From: a bacterium
GTDB lineage: Bacteria; SAR324; NAC60-12
Assembly (NCBI GenBank): GCA_965209155.1
Contig: OZ242383.1
Span: forward strand, 480,001 to 544,000
DNA: 64,000 nucleotides
Direction of reading: 5' to 3'
Shown here: positions 39,848 through 51,084 of the stretch, piece by piece
How the letters are laid out: each line of letters starts with the position of its first letter
Numbering within the stretch: position 1 is the first letter of the stretch
Notes under the pieces: model-generated
Told to the model about the DNA's origin: nothing
What the model saw: the letters and a program-made list of their open reading frames with translations, nothing else
Databases searched by the model: none
Program-made: the position numbers and the translations under genes

Positions 39848-40176
39848 GAGATATAGGCAAATTCTGGGGAAGGCCGTTTAGGCGACGATCCTGTATTTAG
39901 CAATTCCATCAACAAATTGCACTCCCAACGAGGCAATGTTTATCATTTTTCATCCTCCTCCAATTTCAGCACTTCCCTGAGTATCGCTCTGGCTTTCACT
40001 TTCAAGAGTTCACTCAAATGATCCTCAATAATTTGCTCTGGCTTTTCCAGATCAATCACCTTATGCTTGCTCATCGGCGAATTTTTTAATTGATGTTATT
40101 CTGTTTATGTTAAACTTTCATCTACAGGATAAGCCACCTTCAAATTTAGTCCATCCCCAGAATTTGACTATAACTC
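39848..40176 (-). mobile_element. Internally deleted IS256-like element (329 bp)
   Basis: 26-bp TIRs GAGATATAGGCAAATTCTGGGGAAGG / GAGTTATAGTCAAATTCTGGGGATGG; retains transposase N-terminus MSKHKVIDLEKPE..EDHLSELL and C-terminus GVQFVDGI. Confidence 0.8.
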
Positions 40177-40271
40177 AGAAATTTATCAGATTTTTAGTAT
40201 TGAGGTCATAATAGATTAATAGGGTTCATCCATCGAGGAAACGAATCAATCCCAGGACCGCAAAGATTCCA

Positions 40272-40538
40272 ATGAATACAACAGCAGAAATAGAATTCAT
40301 CGAAATTATAGAAGTTCAGTATCAGACCGATTATCAATTGGAACTTGTTTTCAACGATGGGAAAAAACAGGTTGTTGATTTTGGGCCTTTTTTGAAGAAA
40401 TCAAATCACCCGGAAATTCAAAAATATTTAGATCCCGCTCGATTTAAACAATTCACTTTTGAATATGGTCATCTTCACTGGAATGACTATGATTTATCCT
40501 TTTCTATTGATGATTTGTATGAAGGGCAATTTTTATAA
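40272..40538 (+). CDS. DUF2442 family protein
   Basis: YQLELVFNDG....VDF.PFL...F....GHLHWND.D. Confidence 0.8.
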   Translation: MNTTAEIEFIEIIEVQYQTDYQLELVFNDGKKQVVDFGPFLKKSNHPEIQKYLDPARFKQFTFEYGHLHWNDYDLSFSIDDLYEGQFL

Positions 40539-40682
40539 GAAAAGAGAATGTGGACCGCCATTCCAGACTTTATTCTTTGACGAAAGCAAGATAGATTTCC
40601 TTTCGTATCCTATTTCCCAAATCCTTCAAGTGCCTGGGCAAAAGCGCTGTTGAGGAAGTGATGAGCACACTGAGGAATGAAA

Positions 40683-43600
40683 ATGCCTAAACGCACAGAC
40701 ATCCAATCGATACTGATTATCGGATCAGGCCCCATCGTGATAGGGCAAGCGTGCGAATTCGATTACAGTGGCACGCAGGCCTGTAAGGCATTGAAGGAAG
40801 AGGGGTATCGTGTGATTTTGATCAACAGCAACCCCGCCACCATCATGACGGATCCGAACCTGGTCGATGCGACCTATATCGAACCCATCACCGTCGACGC
40901 CCTCGAATTTATAATTCGGAAAGAACAACCCGATGCGATTCTCCCTACAATGGGAGGGCAAACCGCTTTGAATATGGCCATGGCGCTCCACCAAGCCGGT
41001 ATCCTGAAAAAATACCGGGTTGAATTGATAGGCGCCAAGGTGGAAGCAATCCACAAAGCCGAAAACCGGGAAGCCTTTCGACGAACCATGAATAAATTGA
41101 AGATCCGCATGCCCGCGAGCAGGACGGTCCATTCCTTGGAAGAAGCCAGGCAAATCGAAGAGGAATTGGGGCTGCCTCTCATCATTCGTCCCTCTTTCAC
41201 TTTAGGAGGCACCGGAAGTGGAATTGCGGAAAATCATCGATCTTTGGAAAAAATCGTATCGGATGGTCTTTCTGTCTCTCCGACTCACGAAGTGGTGGTG
41301 GAGGAATCCATTTTGGGCTGGAAAGAGTATGAGTTGGAGGTCATGCGGGATACCAAGGACAACGTTGTCATTATCTGCTCCATCGAGAATTTTGATCCCA
41401 TGGGCGTGCATACGGGAGACAGTATTACGGTGGCCCCTGCGCAAACACTGACCGATGCGGAGTACCAGCGCATGCGAGATCTCGCCCTGGAGGTGATTCG
41501 AGAAATTGGAGTAGATACCGGCGGTTCCAACATTCAGTTTGCCGTCAATCCCGAAAATGGAGAAATCATCATTATCGAAATGAATCCCCGAGTTTCCAGG
41601 AGCTCGGCACTGGCTTCCAAAGCGACCGGTTTTGCCATTGCCAAAATCGCTGCAAAATTAGCTGTGGGTTACGCGCTGGATGAAATACCCAATGAAATAA
41701 CAAAAAAAACGCCTGCTTCCTTCGAACCCACCATCGATTACGTGGTGACCAAGATCCCCCGTTTCGCATTTGAAAAATTTCCCCTGAGCGATTCCAGCCT
41801 GACGACGCAGATGAAATCCGTAGGCGAAGTCATGGCAATTGGAAGGACATTCAAAGAATCGTTTCAGAAGGCGCTGCGCTCCCTGGAAACCGGATCCGCA
41901 GGAATGGAGCCCCGGGATTATAAAGACCTCTCCGTTGAAGAAATCGAAACCCTGCTCGAGCAGCGCTTGAGTTGTCCCACCAGTGAACGGATCTGGTACC
42001 TGGCCGATGCCATCCGGCGGGGATGGAGCGATGAAAAATTGTTCGCCTTTTCCAAAATCGACCCCTGGTTCCTGGGCCAGGTTCGCACGCTGGTCGACCA
42101 GGAACAGTTGATAGCCCCCCTCAACCTGGACGACATCCAACGCCCTCAACTGCTCAAGTGGAAGGAGATGGGATTTTCCGATTTGCGCATCGCCAACCTG
42201 CTCGGTTGTTCAGAATCCCAACTTTCAGACAAACGGAAAGCCTGGAACATCATTCCCGTCTTCAAGCTCGTTGATACCTGTGCCGCCGAATTTCCTTCCG
42301 AGACCCCCTATTTTTATTCCACTTATGAGGAAGAGAACGAATCGATTCCTTCTCTACAAAAAAAAATCATCATCCTGGGCAGTGGCCCCAATCGCATCGG
42401 GCAGGGAATCGAATTCGACTATTGCTGCGTACACGCCGCATTGGCTGCTCGAGAAAAAGGATATGAAGCCATCATGGTCAACTGCAATCCGGAAACGGTC
42501 AGTACCGACTATGACACCTCCGATCGCCTCTATTTTGAACCGATCACTTTCGAGGACGTCATGCACATCGTCGAATTGGAAAAGCCGGTTGGAGTGATTG
42601 TACAGCTTGGCGGTCAAACCCCCTTGAAACTGGCGAAGCAATTGAACGATGCGGGCGTGCCTTTATTGGGGACGTCCTTTGAAAGCATCGACCGTGCGGA
42701 AGATCGCCAGTTGTTCACCGAACTGCTCGACCAGTTGAATTTACAGCAACCTCCCAACGGCACTGCCTTTTCATTGCAGGAAGCCTATCAAATAGGGCGA
42801 AAGATCGGTTATCCGATCCTGGTACGCCCTTCCTACGTCTTGGGTGGACGGGCTATGATGATTGTTGATACGGAGGAGGAATTGGCGGATTATTTTCATG
42901 AAGCCGTCAGGGTTTCTCCGCAACATCCCGTATTGATCGACAAATTTCTGCTCGATGCCACTGAAATCGACGTCGACTTTCTGGCAGACGGGCATCGCGT
43001 AGAATTGGGTGGAATCATGGAACATATCGAGCGGGCGGGGATTCATTCAGGCGATAGCGCTTGTTGCTTACCTCCCCATTCGTTGTCTCCTGCCATTGTA
43101 AAGAAAATAGAACGACAAGGGCAGGCCATTGGAAGGGAATTGAACATAGTGGGATTGATGAATATTCAATTTGCCGTCAAAGACGATGAAGTGTTCGTGA
43201 TTGAAGTCAATCCCCGCGCTTCGCGCACCGTCCCTTTCGTCAGTAAAGCCATCGGGCTTCCCCTGGCCAAATATGCCACGTACCTGGTGCTCGGCGAAAC
43301 GTTTGAAAGCTTTGATTTTTCCTACAAACTCCCAACCACTTTCGCAGTGAAAGAAACCGTCTTCCCTTTTGTCAAATTTGCAGGGGCGGACACGGAACTG
43401 GGGCCTGAAATGAAATCAACCGGTGAAGTGATGGGTTGGGGCAACACTTTTGAAGAAGCTTATTTCAAAGCGCAACTTGCGGTCTTTCAAGATATTCCTC
43501 AAACCGGCTATGCTTTCATCGGAGTTTTGGACAAGGACAAACCGGCCATGATTCCACTGGCGAAAGATTTGACAACCCTGGGATTTTCTATCTTAGCTAC

Positions 43601-43916
43601 TCCCGGAACCCTGAAAGTCCTTCGAGAGGGCGGTGTCCCCGGTGTTCGAGTGGTTTACATGGAAATGGAACGAGAGCAGAATGTCTACGAATACATGTAT
43701 CGTAACGAATTGGCATTGGTGATCAATACGACTCACCCTCGCAAACGATTTGTAGACCCTACGCATTTACGACGAATGATTTTGCTCTACAACGTGCCAT
43801 ATTTTACAACCGTTGAAGGAGCATCGTATTTCGTACGGTCCATGAAAACCCGCTACCAGCAGAACCTCACCTACCGTGCCCTGCAGTCTGCGCCATCCAC
43901 CAATACGGTCCTTTAA
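40683..43916 (+). CDS. carB: Carbamoyl-phosphate synthase large subunit
   Basis: [28 protein letters not shown]; duplicated ATP-grasp domains; MGS domain. Confidence 0.98.
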   Translation: MPKRTDIQSILIIGSGPIVIGQACEFDYSGTQACKALKEEGYRVILINSNPATIMTDPNLVDATYIEPITVDALEFIIRKEQPDAILPTMGGQTALNMAMALHQAGILKKYRVELIGAKVEAIHKAENREAFRRTMNKLKIRMPASRTVHSLEEARQIEEELGLPLIIRPSFTLGGTGSGIAENHRSLEKIVSDGLSVSPTHEVVVEESILGWKEYELEVMRDTKDNVVIICSIENFDPMGVHTGDSITVAPAQTLTDAEYQRMRDLALEVIREIGVDTGGSNIQFAVNPENGEIIIIEMNPRVSRSSALASKATGFAIAKIAAKLAVGYALDEIPNEITKKTPASFEPTIDYVVTKIPRFAFEKFPLSDSSLTTQMKSVGEVMAIGRTFKESFQKALRSLETGSAGMEPRDYKDLSVEEIETLLEQRLSCPTSERIWYLADAIRRGWSDEKLFAFSKIDPWFLGQVRTLVDQEQLIAPLNLDDIQRPQLLKWKEMGFSDLRIANLLGCSESQLSDKRKAWNIIPVFKLVDTCAAEFPSETPYFYSTYEEENESIPSLQKKIIILGSGPNRIGQGIEFDYCCVHAALAAREKGYEAIMVNCNPETVSTDYDTSDRLYFEPITFEDVMHIVELEKPVGVIVQLGGQTPLKLAKQLNDAGVPLLGTSFESIDRAEDRQLFTELLDQLNLQQPPNGTAFSLQEAYQIGRKIGYPILVRPSYVLGGRAMMIVDTEEELADYFHEAVRVSPQHPVLIDKFLLDATEIDVDFLADGHRVELGGIMEHIERAGIHSGDSACCLPPHSLSPAIVKKIERQGQAIGRELNIVGLMNIQFAVKDDEVFVIEVNPRASRTVPFVSKAIGLPLAKYATYLVLGETFESFDFSYKLPTTFAVKETVFPFVKFAGADTELGPEMKSTGEVMGWGNTFEEAYFKAQLAVFQDIPQTGYAFIGVLDKDKPAMIPLAKDLTTLGFSILATPGTLKVLREGGVPGVRVVYMEMEREQNVYEYMYRNELALVINTTHPRKRFVDPTHLRRMILLYNVPYFTTVEGASYFVRSMKTRYQQNLTYRALQSAPSTNTVL

Positions 43917-43956
43917 ACCAGGACGATTGAACATAGAATACCTTAAGCATCTCCTT

Positions 43957-44403
43957 CTAAAACTTAACCCGTTCATAATACAGTTTATTACGATACAAAG
44001 CATCACGCCAACCCATCCTCAACTTCTCCTTCAATACTTCCCTGTTGCCAAAAACTTCATCATTGGTAATCCTGACTGAAGTGATCCCATACCTTAACAA
44101 TTTCAAAGCTCGCTCCTCATCCCGCTTTCTCTGAAATGACTCATAATGAACAGGACCATCCACTTCTATTACCAATCCTATTTCAGGAACAAAAAAATCG
44201 GCAATCCATTTACCCAAAACCACGCACTGAAAAGCAAAATAAAATTTATTACCACTAGCCAATTCCCCCAAAATACATTTAAATTTCTTCTCAGCGGACG
44301 TAGGATTACCACGAAGTTCACAAACAAACTTTCTCATATAATGTCCCCTTGGCCACTCCTCGACTAAAGGGAACCAATCCTTAATGGATACACGCATAAT
44401 CAC
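43957..44403 (-). CDS. DUF559 / Vsr-like endonuclease
   Basis: LRGNPTSAE, Q.V...WIADF....LVIEVDGPVH...RDEER. Confidence 0.85.
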   Translation of the reverse strand: MIMRVSIKDWFPLVEEWPRGHYMRKFVCELRGNPTSAEKKFKCILGELASGNKFYFAFQCVVLGKWIADFFVPEIGLVIEVDGPVHYESFQRKRDEERALKLLRYGITSVRITNDEVFGNREVLKEKLRMGWRDALYRNKLYYERVKF

Positions 44404-44473
44404 TGAAGATGTGAGTTATATTCAAATGAAGATGTCTTGGAATCAGTTGAATTGTGAAGCACGACCTCATTCC

Positions 44474-45214
44474 TCATCTCGACGCTTCGAAAGCGACGAT
44501 AGGCGGATTGTTCATGAATTCATTCCAGAAAGAATTGCCCCTCTGGGAAGGGTGCAGCGACAAGTTAACCCACCGAAATCCACGAAATCCCGTCTTTTGG
44601 AACGCGTCCTCGTAAGTTTCCGGTGTGAGATAATAGTTGTTGAACTCGAACTCCCGTCCGTCGGCATTGGTCACGATGTAACGGATGGTGTCTCCCTCGG
44701 CAGGCGAATCCGGGCACAAGCGCTCCAATCCATATTTCTTCAACGAAGCGCCTCCGGACTGAAGATTCCGCACGTTGTCGTTGACACCGGCGAACCGCCC
44801 TCCCGGTCGCAGCGCGTCACGGCAGACTTGGCAAAATCGGCGAAGCTGCTCTCCGCTTCTGGCGTAGTTCAGCAGGTACATCGCCACCACGAGGTCGACC
44901 GGTCCGGAAGGTTTGAAAGCCGCAACATCCGCCTGCGCATACTTGCAGCCGAGCGGATGCCGCCTCTCCTCGTCTTCGGCGAGTCGAATCATCGCCCCGG
45001 AGATGTCGACGCCCGTGACCTCCGATGCACCGGCCCGCTTGAGCAAGCGCGTATACATACCCTCGCCGCAAGCGACGTCCAGCACCGTCTTCCCGCGTAT
45101 GTCTCCTATCAATTGGAACAGGGTGTGCCGTTCAACATGCTCACGGAACGGCAACTGCTTGGAATCCCGGTACTCTTTGGCGATTGCGTCGTATTCTTCC
45201 ATGTGACCTGCCAT
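44474..45214 (-). CDS. Class I SAM-dependent methyltransferase (ToxA-like)
   Basis: YDAIAKEY..SK.LP.R, VLDVACGEG, VTGVDIS, YLLNYA, LRPGGRF; start uncertain (45241, 45214 or 45202). Confidence 0.85.
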   Translation of the reverse strand: MAGHMEEYDAIAKEYRDSKQLPFREHVERHTLFQLIGDIRGKTVLDVACGEGMYTRLLKRAGASEVTGVDISGAMIRLAEDEERRHPLGCKYAQADVAAFKPSGPVDLVVAMYLLNYARSGEQLRRFCQVCRDALRPGGRFAGVNDNVRNLQSGGASLKKYGLERLCPDSPAEGDTIRYIVTNADGREFEFNNYYLTPETYEDAFQKTGFRGFRWVNLSLHPSQRGNSFWNEFMNNPPIVAFEASR

Positions 45215-45242
45215 GCCTGCCCCCTTATGAAGCGTTGCCAAT

Positions 45243-45884
45243 TCATTTCAAATCATTTTCCAAATGCTCATTCATAATATGCCAGCAAGCGTCAACATTA
45301 TTTAAAGAAGAATCAATAATGATTGCTTCATTCACATGAAGCAAATTCTTAAAACGATGAATCATCTCCTTGAGATATGTTTGATCCTCTGGATGCAATG
45401 TCTCATAGTCCCTTTGCTCGAGTCTTGAAATGCAGTCGTTATAGCTTACTTGAATAAAAAACTGTAAATCTGGTTTTAATATTTCCTTAAAAAGTAATTT
45501 GTGAACCTCCTTGGAGTGATGGAGGACAGAAGATAAGCCATATCGGTCACACAGAACCACTTTCCCTTGTTTCAAAGCGGGAATAATACGTAATTCCTGT
45601 TGTACTAAACGGTCACCTAAGGCCATAATATTTAATCCGAAGCCAAAGGTGCAGGTGCGTTCATGACCATAGCTTTCATCGTACCAGGCTTTCCAAAATG
45701 GGTATTCTCTCAGTTCCAGGGATGGTGATTTAATCATGACATATTCAAGTCCCTTCGATTCCAAAAGGTCTTTTATTTTTTCAATGTAAGTAGTTTTACC
45801 GGCCCCATCTACTCCTTCTACAGTAAATAATTTTCCCTTGTAATGATGAAGTCTATAGTTAAGTTTGATTGGATACCACGTCAT
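45243..45884 (-). CDS. Thymidylate kinase-like nucleotide kinase
   Basis: EGVDGAGKTT P-loop, IPALKQGKVVLCDRY, KPDL.F. Confidence 0.82.
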   Translation of the reverse strand: MTWYPIKLNYRLHHYKGKLFTVEGVDGAGKTTYIEKIKDLLESKGLEYVMIKSPSLELREYPFWKAWYDESYGHERTCTFGFGLNIMALGDRLVQQELRIIPALKQGKVVLCDRYGLSSVLHHSKEVHKLLFKEILKPDLQFFIQVSYNDCISRLEQRDYETLHPEDQTYLKEMIHRFKNLLHVNEAIIIDSSLNNVDACWHIMNEHLENDLK

Positions 45885-45936
45885 AGTTTGGCCAATTTAT
45901 AAGAGACTGTTTGGATAAAAAATTGCATATTTACTA

Positions 45937-47632
45937 CCTAAATCCTGCAATTAGATGACAAACAAAAATGGAAATGGTAATATACTCAAATAGTTAACAT
46001 CAGAATAAACATTTTGAGGGATCACCATTTCCATGAAGAACAAAGGTAACACAAGATCGGCAAGAACGAAAGCAAAAAACATCCATATCCGCCAGGGAGG
46101 CAGAGATCTGACCGCTCAAGCAGGCTTGATTCCGGTTGTCAAATTTTTTCACAAACACGGGATTGTTTCGAAGACAGAGCAGACCATAGATCATCAACGT
46201 GGCGCCACGAGTCTTTATGACGCGGTGGACATGGTCATTTTGTCGGTGGTTGGCATTATTGGTGGCGCCCGTTCGATTCGTTCGATTGTAACAGTTTGGA
46301 ACGACCGTGTTTTGAGTCGTGTGGCCGGTTGGCTGAGGATTCCGGATGAAACCACATTCGGCCGCATACTGCGTACTTTCACACAGAAAAACATCCATGA
46401 GATGGAGAGCTTGAACCATCGGATTCGAGCCGGTATCTGGCGCAAAGCGCTTCGAAGTGGGACAAGCAACGTTGGGGGGTTGCGCCATCTTGTGATTGAC
46501 GTGGACTCCACTGTGAAAACGGCCTACGGCAAGCAGCAAGGAGTGTCTGTCGGATATAATCCCCACAAACGCGGGGCCGCTTCGTATCATCCTCTGCTGG
46601 CATTTTGCGCAGAGACCAAGGAGATTCTTCAGGGTTGGCTTCGTGACGGGAGTGCCTATACCAGCAATGGAGTCGTTGAATTCATGCGACAACTTCTTGC
46701 TCAGCTTCCGAATCGGACTCGTATTCTGTTTCGTGGAGACAGTGGTTTTTTTGTGGGGGATTTGCTGGATTTCCTCGACGAACGAGGCCATGGCTACCTG
46801 ATCAAGGTCAAACTCAAGGGGCTCGTGTCGTTATTGGAAACGCAAAAATGGCAAAAAGTGAAAGGGCAGCCCGCTTGGGAAGGGTGTGAGTTTTCCCACC
46901 AATGCGAAACTTGGGGCGCGTCAAGAAAATTCATGGCCGTACGCAGGGAGAAAGAGGAGGAACTCAAAGAAATGGACACCCTCTTTGAGATGAAGGAGTA
47001 CGATTATTTTTGTTATGTTCTCACCGATGCGCTCACTCCCTGGCAGGCTCACAAAGAGTATGGCCAGAGGGCCGCCGCTGAGACATGGATCGAGGAAGCA
47101 AAAAATCAAACCGCGCTGGCCCAGATTAAAACCGATGATTTTTGGGCCAACAGTGCCTTGTTCCAATGCGCGATACTCGCTTATAACATGCTGCGCTGGA
47201 TGGCCCTTTGTAGTGGTAACGCCATACTGCGCCGTTGGGAACCGGCCACCATGCGCACTTATCTTGTCCGAATGGCAGGAAAATGGACGAGTGGCGCTCG
47301 TCAACAAAAACTAAGAGTTCCGGAAAGAACACTTTACAATGCTCAATGGGATGCATGGGTCGCTGTTGGAGAGACCTAGCTCCTTTGTTTCACTACAGTG
47401 GTAACGTTTTGCTGAGATGTCGATCCCCAAATCCAGGGAGAAGTACGTCTTGAATCTTGTGCCCGCGAAAGCGGGTATCAGATCATCACAAAATATGACG
47501 ATCTAATGCAGGGCGGAAAAACCTTTATGAGCAAGGACTGATGGAAATTCAACTCTCAAATCCTTTTTTTTAAAAAAATCTGTCAAAGAGTGGGGGGAAA
47601 CTCAATCAAAATATGCAATTGCAGGATTTAGG
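45937..47632 (+). mobile_element. Complete IS1380-family element (1696 bp)
   Basis: Perfect 16-bp TIRs CCTAAATCCTGCAATT; 5-bp target duplication TACTA on both sides. Confidence 0.95.
46033..47379 (+). CDS. IS1380 DDE transposase
   Basis: LTAQAGL, IDVDST, YHPLLAF, FRGDSGFF, Y.QR..AE.WIEEAK. Confidence 0.93.
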   Translation: MKNKGNTRSARTKAKNIHIRQGGRDLTAQAGLIPVVKFFHKHGIVSKTEQTIDHQRGATSLYDAVDMVILSVVGIIGGARSIRSIVTVWNDRVLSRVAGWLRIPDETTFGRILRTFTQKNIHEMESLNHRIRAGIWRKALRSGTSNVGGLRHLVIDVDSTVKTAYGKQQGVSVGYNPHKRGAASYHPLLAFCAETKEILQGWLRDGSAYTSNGVVEFMRQLLAQLPNRTRILFRGDSGFFVGDLLDFLDERGHGYLIKVKLKGLVSLLETQKWQKVKGQPAWEGCEFSHQCETWGASRKFMAVRREKEEELKEMDTLFEMKEYDYFCYVLTDALTPWQAHKEYGQRAAAETWIEEAKNQTALAQIKTDDFWANSALFQCAILAYNMLRWMALCSGNAILRRWEPATMRTYLVRMAGKWTSGARQQKLRVPERTLYNAQWDAWVAVGET

Positions 47633-47664
47633 TACTATATTTCCATTTTTTTAAAAGGAGATAG

Positions 47665-48080
47665 ATGTATCCAAGCAATTTAAGCGATCAAGAATGGTCT
47701 GAGATTGAACATTTTTTTAGACGTTCTGACCCCCGAGGGGCCAAGAGTATTCATAGCAAACATACCATCTTCAATGCGGTTTTATATGTCGTGAAATCGG
47801 GTTGTCAGTGGAGAATGCTTCCCCATGATTTTCCTCCCTGGCAAAGCGTTTATGATCATTATCGCCGCTGGAATCAAAGAGGGATTTGGCAAAAGGTTTT
47901 GGATTACCTCAATGCCCGCACTCGTGTGAAACAGGGCAAGAAGCCTTTTCCCAGTTACGCCATCGTCGATTCTCAAAGTGTGAAAACCCAATATGCTTCC
48001 AAAGAGCGGGGCATCGATGGGGGAAAAAAAAATCAAAGGACATAAACGCCATATCAGTGTGGATACTTTGGGCAACCTTC
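47665..48080 (+). pseudogene. IS5-family transposase, frameshifted and truncated
   Basis: YPSNLSDQEW, GCQWRMLPHDFPPWQSVY, IVDSQSVK; frameshift in an A9 run before KIKGHKRHISVDTLGNL. Confidence 0.88.
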
Positions 48081-48199
48081 AATCCAAGCTTAAAAATGTG
48101 TGCTACTATCACATCCACGAAAATGATCAACTCGACGAAGAGTTATTAACGAGTTGGATTCGGCAGGCATCGGAGTTGCCTGGAGATTTCATGTTTTGA
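48080..48199 (+). pseudogene. C-terminal fragment of a DUF1801-like protein
   Basis: SKLKNVCYYHIHENDQLDEELLTSWIRQASELPG fused to the broken transposase. Confidence 0.55.
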
Positions 48200-48352
48200 G
48201 TAAGCTCGACCGATACACCAGGTGAATTAGAGCAGACCGGCATGGAGTTTTTACCCGCTGAATATATTTTTCATTTTTTGAGTATTTGCCAAGATAGATT
48301 GAATCTAAGGAGATGGCAAAGGAGAAAGGTCGATTAAATTGAATCCCGTTAA

Positions 48353-48530
48353 TTTTTTCAAGCAAAACTAAACCATGAGACCGATTCTCGGGATCTTTTG
48401 GAAGCACTCGAAAATAAGGAACCTATCGTCGTCATAGATACTCGGTCTCCAGAGGCTTTTTAAACTTAAACGCATACCGACATAAATAAATATACCACAT
48501 AGATTAATGTCTGAAGCAACTACAAGTGGG
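48353..48530 (+). pseudogene. Rhodanese-like domain remnant
   Basis: FQAKLNHETDSRDLLEALENKEPIVVIDTRSPEAF*...RIP...INIPHRLM with stops and a frameshift. Confidence 0.6.
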
Positions 48531-48677
48531 GTTGACATTACATAAGCAATATGGCTAAAATCATGTCTTCACTAAGTTGTTTTTGTGAAAGAAAGGGTTC
48601 CCGATCGATTGAACAAAATCGTAGAAGGAGGTGAAGAAGATGGATCCTTCCCGGGAATTATTTTCAACTTTAACTAA

Positions 48678-48894
48678 CCTGAGTTCGAGATTAGAATTTA
48701 ATAAATTCAATATGTTATGGAATTTTCATATCTTATGAGAAACCGTGTCATTCCTGCGAAGCTTGTCCCTGCGAAGGCAGGGAGCAGGAATCCAGAGGTA
48801 GGCAGCCTGACTGAAATCTGGATTCCGGGTCTTCGCACGGAATGACATCTACACCAGGATACTCATATTATTGAAGATTTATGTCGAACTCAGG
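48678..48894. mobile_element. MITE copy 1 with nested palindromic cargo
   Basis: TIR CCTGAGTTCGA; flanks TTAACTAA/TCAACTAA; arms shared with 56056-56325. Confidence 0.85.
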
Positions 48895-48960
48895 TCAACT
48901 AACCAATCGGGTTCTAAACAGACCTGAATAGTTACGAGAGACATCAAAAAAGCGATCAAT

Positions 48961-49485
48961 ATGAATATTTTATTTTCAATGACAGCAACAGTGTTGATTT
49001 GCGCGCTTACGCTGGCCGCTCAGGCCGAAGAGGCGAACGTTCAGACGCCTACACCCGTCATCCATTTGAAAGACAACTTGGGAGAGGCAGATGGGCTTGG
49101 CTGGTGCATCGACACGGTTGGGCGTGGATATGCAGAGACTTTACATGCGCATTCCTGCAAGCCAAAAGGCGGTGATGTTCAGTTTGCCTTTGTTCCCGAA
49201 ACAGGCGCAATTCAATCGGTGGCTTTTTCGGAAAAATGTGTCGTTGTTCTCCCTGAGAGTGCCAGCACCGATTTTGGACTGACAGATTGCGATAACGGCG
49301 ACCCAGCGCAGCGATTTTCCTTCGACCCGGTAACTGGTGTGATTGCACCGGTCGGTGCGATGGGGCAGTGTATGGCGGTCGGTGAACGCAGTCGTTCGGC
49401 GGGGCCTTTCATGTCTCGTGACCTCGTCCTTGGTGCCTGTGACACCATTGAACCGACTCATCGAACATGGGTCGTCCGCGAATAA
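48961..49485 (+). CDS. Secreted ricin-B (beta-trefoil) lectin-like protein
   Basis: Signal peptide AAQA; WCID..G, LHAHSCK, DC......QRF, CMAVG. Confidence 0.7.
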   Translation: MNILFSMTATVLICALTLAAQAEEANVQTPTPVIHLKDNLGEADGLGWCIDTVGRGYAETLHAHSCKPKGGDVQFAFVPETGAIQSVAFSEKCVVVLPESASTDFGLTDCDNGDPAQRFSFDPVTGVIAPVGAMGQCMAVGERSRSAGPFMSRDLVLGACDTIEPTHRTWVVRE

Positions 49486-49680
49486 CCAGGGTACCCAATC
49501 AGAAGAAATCACTCCCACGAATTCACGGAAAGGAATCCGAAGCGAAATTCCGCATTTTTCTGGCCAAAACGTGCTTCTTGGCATTGTCAGCGCTGGCTTG
49601 GCCAGTGCCAATACGCCAGCCGTCGACGGGCACGATTTTGCTCCGGTTTTTGCAGGTAAGGATTCTACGGATTAAAATCT

Positions 49681-50583
49681 CTATACAAGTTTTTCGTTGA
49701 AAAAATCTATGGTACGCTGCCATGCTAATTCGGCCGCAGCTTTGTCATAGCGAGGGGTGGTGTCATTGTGGAATCCGTGTCTGACACCAGGATATACGTA
49801 AGCCGTGTATTCTTTGTTATTTTTTTTCAATGCAGATTCGTATGCAGGCCATCCTTGGTTGACTCGTTCGTCCAACTCGGCAAAGTGTAACAACAAGGGA
49901 GCTTGAATATCGACCACCTGCTCATCGGATGGTTGACTTCCATAAAAAGGTACGGAAGCAGCCAACTCAGGAATACGGACTGCCATCATGTTTGCGATAA
50001 ATCCGCCAAAGCAAAATCCGACAACCCCGATTTTGCCATTGCATTCCGGGTGTTCTTTCAATGTATGAAAAGCCGCAATAAAATCCTCCAACATTTCATT
50101 TCTATCGCGTTTTCGTTGAAGACTTCGACCTTCATCATCCGTTCCAGGATAACCCCCAAAAGGAGTGAGAGCATCAGGAGCGAGGGCAATAAAATTGGCA
50201 ATTCCAACTCTCCTTGCTACGTCTTCCACATAGGGATTCAATCCTCTGTTTTCATGAACCACGACGACACCAGGCAACTGTTTTGCGTTATTGGCATTAC
50301 GGGAAAGTAATCCTCGCATGATTCCAGCACCTTGGGGGGAGTCGTATTCAATGAATTCAGAGCTTAATCGTGGATCGTCTTTTTTAATTTGCGCAGTCTC
50401 TGCATAGCGGGGGGCGAGGAATTCAAATATAGCAGCTGCTGTGAGACCCGCAACTGCATACTTGGAAAGCTTATCCATGAACTCCCGGCGACTGATGTCA
50501 CTGTGTACATACTGATCAAATAATTCAAAAACTCCCTCGTCGAGATCACTACATTTTAATTCTTCCATTTGCTTATCACTCAT
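49681..50583 (-). CDS. Dienelactone hydrolase family protein (YghX-like)
   Basis: SRREFM Tat-like motif, VVHENRGLNP, GFCFGG, HGFHNDTTPRYD. Confidence 0.92.
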   Translation of the reverse strand: MSDKQMEELKCSDLDEGVFELFDQYVHSDISRREFMDKLSKYAVAGLTAAAIFEFLAPRYAETAQIKKDDPRLSSEFIEYDSPQGAGIMRGLLSRNANNAKQLPGVVVVHENRGLNPYVEDVARRVGIANFIALAPDALTPFGGYPGTDDEGRSLQRKRDRNEMLEDFIAAFHTLKEHPECNGKIGVVGFCFGGFIANMMAVRIPELAASVPFYGSQPSDEQVVDIQAPLLLHFAELDERVNQGWPAYESALKKNNKEYTAYVYPGVRHGFHNDTTPRYDKAAAELAWQRTIDFFNEKLV

Positions 50584-50732
50584 GTTTTCTCCTCTGGTTT
50601 GAAATCAATGATCATGAAAATTGGGAATTTACAGGAATACTCTTGTCATTACACTCCTTATCTACCATTAAATCAAGATTTTCATTCTCATTCATGCTCT
50701 CTTTAACGCCAGCTCCAGCCTTGGTTTCGGAG

Positions 50733-50841
50733 TCAGGCTTGAAAGATTGGAAAAATCGATTTTGGAAAGGGATGATTGATGATAATAGATCAATTTGTTC
50801 ATCCATCGAGGAAACGAATCAATCCCCGAACCGCCAAGATT
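50733..50841. repeat. Dispersed ~110-bp repeat (partial copies at 40208-40268 direct and 53583-53641 inverted)
   Basis: GTTCATCCATCGAGGAAACGAATCAATCCC shared with 40224; TATCATCAATCATCCCTTT...TTTCAAGCCTGAC shared, inverted, with 53589. Confidence 0.8.
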
Positions 50842-51084
50842 GCTTGGCCCCTTCAGTCTCCATTCTTTGCTTAAAATTCCAAACTTTCAGGCTTGACCCT
50901 TTTCATAGTTTATTAAAAAAGATAATCAAAATTTAAAAAAATTTTTTGAAGAGTCCGCTACCAAATAGCTGCCTGAGAGGAAAATTGATGGAGTGGAGTA
51001 TTTATATGTCATTGAAATGATTAATGGAAGTAGTCAAATTCGAGCTGATGAACAACTGCCTTGATGAAAATTTTTCCGGCTGCC

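Larger units (their letters stand above)
45903..48080 (+). mobile_element. IS5-family (IS1031-like) element, interrupted by IS1380 and truncated at its 3' end
   Basis: Left end GAGACTGTTTGGATAA at 45903; transposase begins at 47665; no right end found. Confidence 0.7.

Noticed and set aside
39832..39936. N-terminal extension of the PRTase ORF
   Set aside because: Derived from the IS256 remnant and its TIR
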